A stretch of DNA of 41,805 nucleotides from Chlorokybus atmophyticus (taxonomy: Eukaryota; Plantae; Mesostigma and Chlorokybus algae), in the NCBI GenBank assembly GCA_009103225.1, contig RHPI01003467.1, positions 38,117-79,921 of the forward strand. The letters run 5' to 3'. Each line of letters opens with the position of its first letter. Within the stretch, counting starts at the first letter, position 1. Shown here in pieces: positions 24,552-35,230 of the stretch. A program made the position numbers and the translations under genes. The notes below the pieces were generated by a model, which was not told the DNA's origin, did not search any database, and was given only the letters and a program-made list of their open reading frames with translations.

Positions 24552-26714
24552 ATGGCTGACGGCGTAGTTGTTGCGGGCGGCGGTGTAGTCGACCTCGACA
24601 TCATGGGCGACCACATCACTCCGTCAAGTGGTCAGCCTGGGACTAGGCAAGCGCCTGCAGATGTCATGGCTGTGGCCGAGGTGGCTCCACAGATAACTTA
24701 TGGAGCGCCCGTACATGGGCGTGGGACGGGTGGTCTTGAAGAGCAGGGCCAGCGAGAGGGGGCGCAGAGAGGGGCTAGCTGCCACCAACCTTGTCCCCCT
24801 GACCCCCCTTTCACCCCAACCAGTAAACGTGACCGCCCTCCCGACCGCAGAGGTGCTCGTGCTTGATGCTTACATTGCATGTCTCTCCTGCACGCTGCAA
24901 GCGGCCATAGCACGCACTACATTGGCACTCGTGTAAATTTCACTTGCATGACTGCATCTCATGTCCTGTCCGTTCTCACTACCAGTCACATGCACACACA
25001 TGTACTCACACTCACATGCGCTTAGTGTCTTCAGATATGCGAGCAAACTATCCCCAACCACATCATTATCAACATTGCACACGCTACATGCAGCACGCAC
25101 AATCTGTTCATCATCCACAAGTTCTGCACGTGTACATGCACAAACACCAACATCCCCTCTTAATTGCATGAACAGGGTCTTGCTGCACGTGTTACAAGTC
25201 CTGCACATGTACATGCACAGTCACCGACATTCACTCAGTTTTAATGCCAGCATCATACACGCATGCAATCTCCACTTCATCAACCCATTTGCAACCTCAC
25301 AAACGCTGCACGCTGCATGCAGAGTCTAGGCATTGTCCACATCATACACTTAGTCTTCAAGCAAGCACGCATGCATGCAGATGTATAATGCATCTATATA
25401 TGTCAATGCAGGCGTTTACATCATTCTTGAAGGACGAGACCAAACTCTGCCAGATCAAAAGTTTTTCGCTTTTCACAAAGCAGGCAAGCGACCATTGCCT
25501 TCATCCCACATCCCACATCATGCATATGTAACCAAATCAATGTACCTAATGTCTGCAATCGATCGACACCCTACACCGTATTATGACGGAATCTTTATAG
25601 CTGATCGAGTCCGGCAGACTGGCAAGGGCCCGCCTTCAGGAGCTAACTGAGCAGCGCAACAGCCTAAGCACTCGCAGGGCCACTGCCTTGCAAAAGAGCA
25701 TGGCGGCGACACGCTTCAGATGGTCTGAAGCGCTGAAAACGGCAACGCCCAACGAGAAAGGCAACTTGCACATTCGGCTAGCAGCCGCCACAGCAGAACA
25801 CCAACAGCTGAACGGCCAGCTCGCCGACGTATGCAACGCGCTAAGAATGGTCCGTGTGTTCATTGCTCACAATTGACACTTGTTGTTGTTTTTGCAATCA
25901 GCTTCTCTCGGCTGACCGTGCTATACCTGCCTGCGCAGACTCAGGCTCAGTTGAACAACGTGCATATTGTGGGAGGCAAACACGCTGACTCATTCTATCG
26001 CAGTCTGAAATACGAGATGGAATGGGGTGATGGCAGCGATGCCAACACTGTCGCAAACACGGGTGCCAAAACCACTTCAACAAAGCACGGGTCCAAGAAA
26101 AGCCAAAAGACTCCAGGCGTCAGCACCACAGCCGGTATGTCATGTGGGCGTCGCAGCACCAGAGGGAAACGACCCACCAAAGGCTCAAAGCGTCTTCCAA
26201 GTCAAGCAAGCATTGCACGGCAGTCGCTTAAGCCACACCGATTTCGACCTGGCACTGTGGCCCTCAAGGAGATCCGCAAGTACCAGAAGACCACGGACCT
26301 GCTCCTGCGCAAGGTAGATATGCACATACGCAGAGCAACAATCTTGCATTCAATGCCGACTACGACACTCAGCTACTTGATTGCGTTGCCTCCATTCTCC
26401 AAGGTGGTCAGGGAGATTGGGCATGATATTCAGATAAAGGAATAGGGGCCACACGTTCGGTTAACTGCCGACGCAATCCTCGCGCTGAAAAAATCTTCGA
26501 AAATCTTCATTGTTTAGCTCTGCGAGCAGGTGTGTTTTCATTCAGTGCCATTCATACATGACTTACACAGTATTAAACTAATGCCACAAGCGTGTGTCTA
26601 CAGCATCTCGCCGGCATCCATGCGAAGCGGGTCACCCTGATGCCGCAGGACATGGTGTTGGTGAAACACCTCAACTCAGACATTGCCAGATTGCCAAAGC
26701 TGAACATGAGTTAA
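24552..26714 (+). pseudogene. Divergent histone H3/CENH3-like fold at the C-terminus of a long multi-exon protein; two in-frame TAG
   Basis: [28 protein letters not shown] (to 26313), [28 protein letters not shown] (26389-26529), HLAGIHAKRVTLMPQD (26604-26714). TAG at 26443-26445 and 26515-26517. In-frame upstream exons 25601-25849 and 25939-26313 are well supported; exons from 24552 are tentative. Confidence 0.8.
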
Positions 26715-27661
26715 GAGACTATAGCTTGTAGCTGTCCCCACACCCCTCCACAAAAAAAAAAGGGCCCGGCTTGTTTGGCAGTTGACTCTTGGGCTACTAT
26801 TGGTGTATAGGTTACAAGGATTGTACAACTTGTCACTGTATATCCACCCTTCTTTAACTGTCTATGTACTGCATGTGCACACTCACATACACTAACCGCC
26901 AGCATGATTAGTCAATGCGGTCAAGCGCGCAGTTTAATGGAAATTATTATATCTTGATATCCATAACGCATGAACACACGCCATTCGCTACTAGTGTTGC
27001 GACATTAACATTCGCTGCCATTGTGTGCATTCAGTGACAACCCTGCGGCTTATTGTTGGCAAGTAATGTCACTTTGATTGGTTTGTTTAATTTCTGACGT
27101 AGACTGCCGTTATGCGCATGTAACAATATGCCTGTCAATTTCTGGTGGCAAGTAACGCCATATGCACACGAGATTTTTCCCGTGGACCAGGGCTGGTCCG
27201 CGGATACGGACCAGGGCCAACTTGCCCGGACGGCTTGGGGTCCGGACCAGGGTCGCCCACCTTGGTCTGCACGCGGGGACCAGGGCTGGTCCAAACAGTA
27301 CGTAATTGTCCCACGGTCCCCCCAGCCAGGGTTGGTGCCGGTTGAAAGCCGGTGTAAATCGGACCGGGAATGGTACTTTGCAGGGACCATCCTTGGTCCG
27401 CTTTGTTTTTTTCAAGCCTACCGTATTTACCCGTATAGAAACCCCCCCCCCCTATTACAAGCCCCCCCAGCAAAAAAGGGTGGGGGGCTTGTGTAAATAC
27501 TTACAAGCCCCCCCCACCGTTTACAAGCCCCCCTTTACACATTGGTGTCTTTATTCAACATGTGAATGGTACACAAACATCATTTCATGACATACATATC
27601 ATAAAATGGGTCATATCAACATGGATGCAATGCAAAATGAGCATCACATCATGTGCATGTC

Positions 27662-29940
27662 CTACACCTCCTCACCATCTGAATCAGTTAGCCTCTCACT
27701 ATCACTACTACTGATCTCATGCACTAGAGCACTACACCCAGCATGTGATGCTAACTTGGAGACCTGCCTCTGCTTCTCGATATGCTCCGGGCGCTCGTTC
27801 TCCTCATCCTCAAGGGCTTGCTGCTCTTCAAGGGGCAACTCATCACGAGTCAGAAGCTCATCACCATCCTGCTCACCACCCGCAGCGATATGCTCCTCGA
27901 CAATGTCGTCCTCGATGCCGTCCATGGCATGGCTCAGACCACACTTGACAAATGCTTTCTTGATGAGGTCAACTGGTATCTTCTCCCAACTTCTGCGCAC
28001 CCAGTCGCACAGCTGTCTTTCGGTTGGATGGCGTTGATGTCCAGCCGGAGTGAAGGTGTGCTGGCTAGGGTCAGCCATCCACATGGTGAACTGCACAATG
28101 CCCATGTCAACACTGCAATTGTACAATGCATACACTGTCAACACAACATGTTAAGCAACCCACCTCAGCACGCATCAGAGCCTTGAAGGGCTTGTTGATT
28201 GACACGTCCAGCGGCTGAACGATTGAAGTTAGTCCACCAGGAATGACCGCCATGTCAATGTGCGCGTGAAGAGCATCCGCCTTCACGCTATCACACAGAT
28301 GGGCACTGAAGCTATCCCACACCAGCAGCGCGCGTTGACCGAATACCTAAAAATACACACGCATGCATGCGTGTGAGCATTGTTATGAAACATGTATTAC
28401 CGAGCAGACATGTAAGCAACCAGTACCGACCTGTCTAGGGCATTTTCTCAACACCTCTTGAACATACAGCCGCGACAAGTCTTCGTTCATCCACCCCTTT
28501 GGATTGGCCCACACAATGACTCCTACCGGCTTGAGATCCCGTGGCACGGTAGCACGCTTGAAGATAATGACTGGAAGCAACTTCGAGCCATCGGCCGCAC
28601 ACCCAAGCACAACTGTCATGTTCTTTCATGACCGGTCCCCTTGACATGCAAATCTCTACTACCGCAGGTTGATCGTGGTGCCCGCCATGAGGTTGTATGG
28701 CATGGGCGTTTCGTCCACGTTCAAGATGGTTGGCAATGCGTACTTCTTGGAAGCGCGCATGGTTGTGACATAGCGCCGAAAAGCATCCACCTTTTCAACG
28801 CAGTCTTTGGGCAGCGCTGGGCAACTTTGGTGCGTCTTCTCACCAGGTCATGCCGTATCATGAAGCGGCGGAGCCACCGCAACGATGCCGTCATGTTGAC
28901 GTGCTCCTCTGCAGCATGCTCCTCATTTCAGTGTTTGAGCAGCTCGCGCAAGCTCCTGTCAAGCATAGCACACACCAGGGCATTGCAATTAATGCACAAC
29001 AAACAACAAGCAGTCACGCAACCAACTTGTGTGCGGACCTGAACTAAAGGCGCGGTGACAGCTAATCCTTTTGTGCGTTGATTCATTACAAAGTTCATGC
29101 ACTCCTCGTCAATCTCAGGAGCTAAAACTGCCCTGCCTCCACCCTTCAACCGAAACCGCACTTGAGAAGTGCCCGCAATGTCAACTCTATTCTCTACCCA
29201 TCTACGCAAGCTTTGTGTGGAGACGCCTGTCTTGCGTGATACTTCTTTCTTTGTCCACCCTTGATCCAGTAGTCGCAACACTTTTTGCTACACGCAAACA
29301 CAAAGGGTGGGTTTGTGCAGTTAGAGGTGAGGAGAGAGTAAAAGGTGAGAGAGCGGGAGATGTATGTGCAGATGAACAGGTGTTGATGAGACAGAGGGTG
29401 GAGAGTGAAAGGTGAGAGAGGAGGAGATGAATGTGCAGATAAGCAGGTGTTGATGAGACAGAGGGTGGAGAGTGAAAGGTGAGAGAGGAGGAGATGAATG
29501 TGCAAATGAGCAGGTGTTGCTGAGAGGGTGGAGAGTAAGAAAGGGAGAAGGCAAACGAGAGTGCAAGTGTCGACGTTAATGCAGTACACGTGCATATGAG
29601 CAGAACAGAGGAGCAAGAGAGCAGATGATCACAAGTACAGGTGAGTAGTAATGCAGCACAAGTGCATTGCAGTGCAGACACGTACTTTTTGCCAATTCGT
29701 AAACTAGTTGCGCAAGTACCGATTCTCTTTCTGCGCTCCACGCTCTGTATGGAGCTCTTTGCGACCAACGCCAGCAGGGCGCTCACCGCTAGCATGGCAA
29801 GCTGCCACATCCGCCTCACATGCGGCTGCAGCGGCAGCGGCTGCAGCGGCGGCGGCGGCAGTTGCTGCGGCCGCGGCTGCTTGCGCCTCCTCAGCTAGCT
29901 TAGCCGCTGCTCTCCTCGCCTCCTGCCTCAAGCGGGCCAT
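27662..29940 (-). pseudogene. pogo-family DDD transposase (HTH, CENP-B-type HTH, DDE_1), disrupted
   Basis: QKVLRLL..KEVSRKTGVSTQSLRRW, WLRRFMIRH, NVDETP, GTGHE, MTVVLGCAADGSKL, KGWM, VWDSFSAH, IPGGLTSIVQPLDVSINKPFK, AFVKCGLS. In-frame TAG at 29704-29706 and four frameshifts between about 28610 and 28930. Confidence 0.9.
29333..29540. repeat. Purine-rich tandem repeat, 67-bp unit, about 3 copies, in a pogo intron
   Basis: gagagtgaaaggtgagagaggaggagatgaatgtgcag recurs at 29401 and 29468, with a diverged copy near 29333. Confidence 0.85.
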
Positions 29941-31049
29941 GCCAACCACGCCGCCGCCGGCGGCGTGGTTTTGGCCTGGGCCGCCTAGGCTGGGCGCAGT
30001 TCGCGCCGCCACACGTAACAAAGTGACGAGTGCGCGAGTTACGTCACTCGCAAGCACATCTGCTGGCCAATTACAAGCCCCCCCGTACCATTAAAAGCCC
30101 CCCCCTATTACAAGCCCCCTTGGCAAAAAAGGGTGGGGGGCTTCTGTAGAAAGGGAGGGCTTCTAAACGGGTAAATACGGTAGTTGCCTGTGACAAGAGC
30201 CGCGCACCAGCCATGGTCCGCACCTACGCACCTTGGCTGGTGCGCGTCTTTGAGATAGTTTACACATTGGCCGGCTGCAGCCGGACTTGTAAGAATTCAA
30301 CCGGTAGCAATTGAAACAACTGTGCTTTGGCAGCTAACTGCGGTCAGCTGCGGCAATCAGGCCGGCTTGATTGCCGCAGCTGACTGTAGTTAGGCCGCTG
30401 CTGCTGGTGGCCTGGCGGGCGGCCTGGTGCCCCATACCAAGAGCACTAGGTCACGCCTCTGGCCTGTCCATGCTGGTTGTTCCTAGGCTTGCATGACTAG
30501 GCCAAGGACGGTCGAAAGGCCATCGCCATGGCCTTTCAGCCGCCTTCGCCTTCTACAGCCGAGCAATAACGTACATGCATACATGCATAAGTCAGCAGAC
30601 ACACACATCAACCAACTAACACAAACAATGGATAAGCACAATCAATTGGTTGTATTGCAACTACAGCAGCGAACAACTACTGGCATTTGTAACTACTTAG
30701 CTCAATGCACGTTGACTACCTACTTGCAACGCGCACACCCACCCACGCATAGCTGAACACTCAGTCACATGCGCACATTGCAAAACCCGTACCTCCCACA
30801 GCCTGATGCCTGCTCCTCCCTACCAGTAGAGTGCCACACCGTACCCCTGTTGTGCGAGGCCTGCAAGCGTGTGCGTCTACTCAGCATGCATGGTATGCGT
30901 TTGCGCATAGTGTGCGTGTGTACGAGCGTGCTACCTGCTCTGAACTTGCACCCATTGCGAGCAGGTGTGCGCTATGGTGTGATGCTTGTATGTGTGGCAT
31001 TGTTTTGTGTGTTTGTTCAACACATATACGCGCAAACAAATAATGACCG

Positions 31050-33130
31050 TTTAAACTGCCTCATAGGCTCATAGGCACTGAACACTGCAGCTCATGAGGC
31101 AGCCTATGAGCCCGACTATGGCAACTGCCTAATAGGTTGCATTGAACAGTGCGGTCTATGAGCCCAATTGCAAGTTCAAGTGTGCGCGTGCGTGCACATT
31201 CACACATGAGCAATGTCTCACAACACACAAACATATACACATGCATACGCGTATGCACGCACGCACAAACGCACACGCATGCGCTTGCGCGCACACACTC
31301 TCGCACCTTAAAGATGGTGCTGAGCACGGGCAGCTGGGGCGAGGTGTAGTAGTAGTAGTGCGATGTACGCAAAGCAACGATTTGCTGATTGCCAGCTTGG
31401 GGGACAGTCCGCGTACATGCACGTGCGCATGCGCGTGAGTGCATGCACATGGACGCGTTGACATGCGCATGCGTGAATGCTTGTAGACGTGTGCATGTGC
31501 GCATCTCTTGAAGGAGGACGTGGGAGGGATGGACACCTGTTCACAAGTATAGTACACGCAAAACTGCCTTATAGGCCACACTGGACAGTGCGGGCTATAA
31601 GCCAGCTTGCAGCAACTGGCTCATAGGCCGCACTGGACAGTGCGGTCTTGCAACAGCTGGACACTGCGATGTGTAAAGCGACTGTAACAAAGAATGTGTA
31701 TCTGTGTATGTGCATGCGTGTGCGATGAAGCACACGCATGCTTGCACACGCATGCCCGTGTGCGTGAGTTTGCGCTTGCGTATGCGCGGACATATCCTCC
31801 CCCATACCACATCTACTCAAGATTGTCGACACACTCATGCACGCAACACTCAATGACAGTCGGAGCTGTTGGCATGCAAACGCATACACACGAATGCGTG
31901 CTCATAACAAGCAGCTCTTACCTGCTTCTTGGTGGCGTGCTGCACCTCTCTCCGCTGACCTGCAGCCGTATGTTGGCAAGTGTGTGCACCTATGACGCAC
32001 ATGCGCATGTGTGTGAGCAGCGCCGCCGTCATATATGCTGCAGTTGTATGCGCGTGCGTTTGTGCGTCTGCATGCATGCGCATGCAGACTTGCATCATGT
32101 ACACGGTGTGCTTGAGCGTGCAGACCTGGGTGTGCACGACTACTCATGCTTGTAGGGGGAAAGAGGGGACTCCCTCGCCTCCCTCTCAAGAGAATGAGGG
32201 AGGGGGAGGAGAGGAAAGGGGNGAAAGGGGGAGACGGGAACACACACAGAAACACACACTCACACTCATGCGTGTGCACAGCAACACCCGTGAGAGTGAC
32301 AAACGCAGCAACACTGTGCATGTGACATCATGTGCATGGTGTGCATTATGTCACACATATACACGCACACATGCCCGTGCGCGTGCGCACACACACAATG
32401 AGTGGCACTGATCGCACCTTGAAGAGGGCACGGACAGCTGAGATGAGGACGACCTGTCTAATAGGCGGCACTGCAGCCAGCAGTCTCATAGGCGGCCTAT
32501 AAGACAGTTCGTCCTCAGCCAGGGCTGAGGACGAACTGTCTTATAGGCTGAGTGACTCAGTCAGGGCTCATAGGCCGCACTGACCAGGCTGGTGCGGTTC
32601 ATGAGCCTGCCTATTGCAAGACGCACGCACGCACGCACAGACACCCACATGCACACTCATGCGCATGCGCACAAACACCGCTTGTGGTACCCATCGCACC
32701 TTCAATATGTTGGAGCCTCCAACCTGAGGGCACGGACAGCTGGGGTGAGGTAGTGCTTACATACGCACTGCCTGCTTGGCAGCCGTGCGCTACAAACTCA
32801 ACTCATGCCGGCTTGGCGGGCAGTCTGCGTACCTGCGCGCGAGCGTAGGTGTGAGCGTGCACATGCGCAAATGCTTGTACGTGTGCGTGTGCGTCAGTCA
32901 GTGCGGTCTATAAGCCGCCTATAGCAACTACCTCATAGGCTGCACTGGACTGTGCCGCACTGCCCTGTGCAGCCTGTGAGGCAGTTGCTTGGGCTGATAG
33001 ACCGCGGTGGTCTATAGCCCAACAATGATGTGAATGTGTGCATATGCGTGCGTGCCAAAGTGCACTTGCATGCTTGTGGACAGTGCGCATGCCTGTGTGG
33101 GCAGTGCGGTCTATGAGCTCGTTGTAAGCA
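31050..33130. repeat. Modular repeat cluster of imperfect palindromes separated by CA/TG-rich spacers
   Basis: Unit approximating ctcataggccgcactg-gac-agtgcggtctatgag recurs whole or as halves near 31066, 31127, 31568, 31620, 32567, 32900, 32933 and 33102; a second motif gcacctt(g/a)aag..gggcacggacagctg recurs near 31303, 32414 and 32696. Confidence 0.75.
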
Positions 33131-33429
33131 TGTGCCTGCACATCTACACATGAGAAATGTCTCACAATGCGCGCACACGCAAGCGCACACTCTTGTCTTG
33201 GTGGGGCCTCCGCGGACTGTTGCGTTCAGGAACGCGCGGACATGCCCCCCTGCGCGAGCATCGCATTGTTGTTAGAAAGGGCGAGACATGCGCGCGTGTG
33301 TTGGCAAGTGCACATGCATGTGTGTTTGCATGCAAGAGATAGAGAAAGACCGTGTTGCCTGGCAGCAGCCAACGGCACCCTGCGTGTTACACATTAACAC
33401 TGGCAGTGGCATAGACCGCTGTGCCCCCC

Positions 33430-33721
33430 NNNNNNNNNNNNNNNNNNNNNNNNNNNNNNNNNNNNNNNNNNNNNNNNNNNNNNNNNNNNNNNNNNNNNNN
33501 NNNNNNNNNNNNNNNNNNNNNNNNNNNNNNNNNNNNNNNNNNNNNNNNNNNNNNNNNNNNNNNNNNNNNNNNNNNNNNNNNNNNNNNNNNNNNNNNNNNN
33601 NNNNNNNNNNNNNNNNNNNNNNNNNNNNNNNNNNNNNNNNNNNNNNNNNNNNNNNNNNNNNNNNNNNNNNNNNNNNNNNNNNNNNNNNNNNNNNNNNNNN
33701 NNNNNNNNNNNNNNNNNNNNN
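33430..33721. other. Assembly gap (292 N)
   Basis: Run of N flanked by C-rich tracts. Confidence 1.
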
Positions 33722-35230
33722 CCCCCCACCCACACTTTCCCCTTCCCTCCCCTTACCCCTCGGCTCACCTTGAAGTCCAGCAGGTGCATTTTTAGGGGGT
33801 GCTGCAAGTAGCTATTTGCAGCACCCCCCTGGTCCCGCGCTCTTAGCAGAGCAGCAGCATCCGGCTCCACCCACCGACAGCGACATCCTGGCAGCTGTGC
33901 AGTGTCCGTTCCACTTTATACGAACTGAACTAAGGGTAATTAGACAATCTCATGAGACACAGCGTCAAGTACTACATGTGTGCACGTGCACGGGCACAAT
34001 GAGTCATGCGCCCACCCACACATAAACATACACGTGCACACATGCGTACACGCATGGCTTTGCACACGCACGAGCGCGCCTGCAAGTATTGTGTGGGTGT
34101 GCCTCTAGCCTCCTCCGCCAAGCATCCTATGGTTGGCAGCACTAACCACACTCGCATGATATAATAAATTAGCAAGTCAGCTTGCACAATGGCAACCATG
34201 CAAAGCACCTTCATCTGACCAAGGTGACAGCTAGCTAATGCACATTTACAGGCAACTTTCACGTAGAACTTGCCTTAAGGCATGCAGCTTTCGCACAGCT
34301 CACACCAGCCTGATTAGTTAATGACCAAGCTAACAGCCAGCAGCTGCCGACATTAGTTGTTGACACGACAAAGCAAACACATGCAGTAGCTACATTGTCT
34401 CATGCATACACCGAGACAAGCAGCAGCGATTACAACCACAGCAACAGCTGTCAACAGCCGGTCAGCCAAAAGCTGCACCCATCACAACTTCACCGTTAGC
34501 AAACCAACATTAGCCTTAACAATAACAACACTGACAGCAGCGGCTGCCGCTGTGACACTGAGCATGCTTGCACAAAGACTACCGTAAGTTTCTTAACAGT
34601 GCCACGGTACTCAGAACGCTTTGGCTGTCAGTAGCAGTGAATCGACATACCACCTACCGCTTACCATCACTGCCCGCACCGCCGCCGCCGCCGCCGTCAG
34701 CTTGGACCGCACCTGCAACGACAGCTCAGCTCACTCAACAGACTGCATTGACACTTCAGCATGCACGGATAATTACAAGCTGCAGGCTGCTTGCGCGTCT
34801 GCTGACGTACGCTTGTTCCAATCCGCTGGGTCAGCGACAGTGAGCAGCCAGGCGTACCATGCATGGTGCGCAAGCAATGCATTTGTATGAATGCATGTGC
34901 ATTGCTATAAACTCCTCTGGCGGGGCACGCGACCAGCACTGGCGCCATTGCTGGAAAAGGACCATGTCGGGTGCGTAGTGACCAGCGTGGTACCGGACCA
35001 GCTGCTGCTCTGGTTTGCAAGCCGCGACCAGCCCTGGTCCTACCGTACGGACCCCGTGCGGCACAAGTGGTTCACTGGTTCGCAGACCGAGAGGCGAGCG
35101 ACCAGCCCTGGACCGGACCATGACGGCGGGCTCCGGGGCCGAACCACCGGTGGTCCGGTCGCGCCAGACCAGTCGCGACACTGGTATGCAAAAACGTACC
35201 AGAAGTGGTCCGCGCGTAAAAAGCCCTGTT

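Larger units (their letters stand above)
27421..30180 (-). mobile_element. pogo/Tigger-like (Tc1/mariner superfamily) transposon, copy 1, complete (2760 bp)
   Basis: TIR ccgtatttacccgt(a/t)tagaa(a/g)ccc, 22/24 match; TA TSD at 27419-27420 and 30181-30182. Confidence 0.95.
27165..35230. mobile_element. Element E2: second CACAC-type CMC/EnSpm-like non-autonomous element, containing pogo copy 1
   Basis: Left end cacac-14nt-GGACCAgggcTGGTCC has the same geometry as E1; right end 35196-35230 matches at 23/35 nt with a decayed terminus (ctgtt); ATG on both sides (27162-27164, 35231-35233); excision restores an ORF. Confidence 0.65.

Noticed and set aside
23176-27164. H3-like gene being cargo of E1 or E2
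   Set aside because: It lies between the two elements, outside both TSD-defined boundaries.
27031-27590. Gly/Pro/Trp-rich ORFs here and at 22668-23244 and 34831-35298
   Set aside because: By-products of the GGACCA/TGGTCC subterminal arrays and pogo ends.
30493-33400. Many His/Cys/Ala/Met-rich ORFs in the track
   Set aside because: They are translations of CA/TG/GCAT low-complexity repeats, open on both strands.
33272-33870. Long ORFs containing X
   Set aside because: Artefacts of reading through the N gap.
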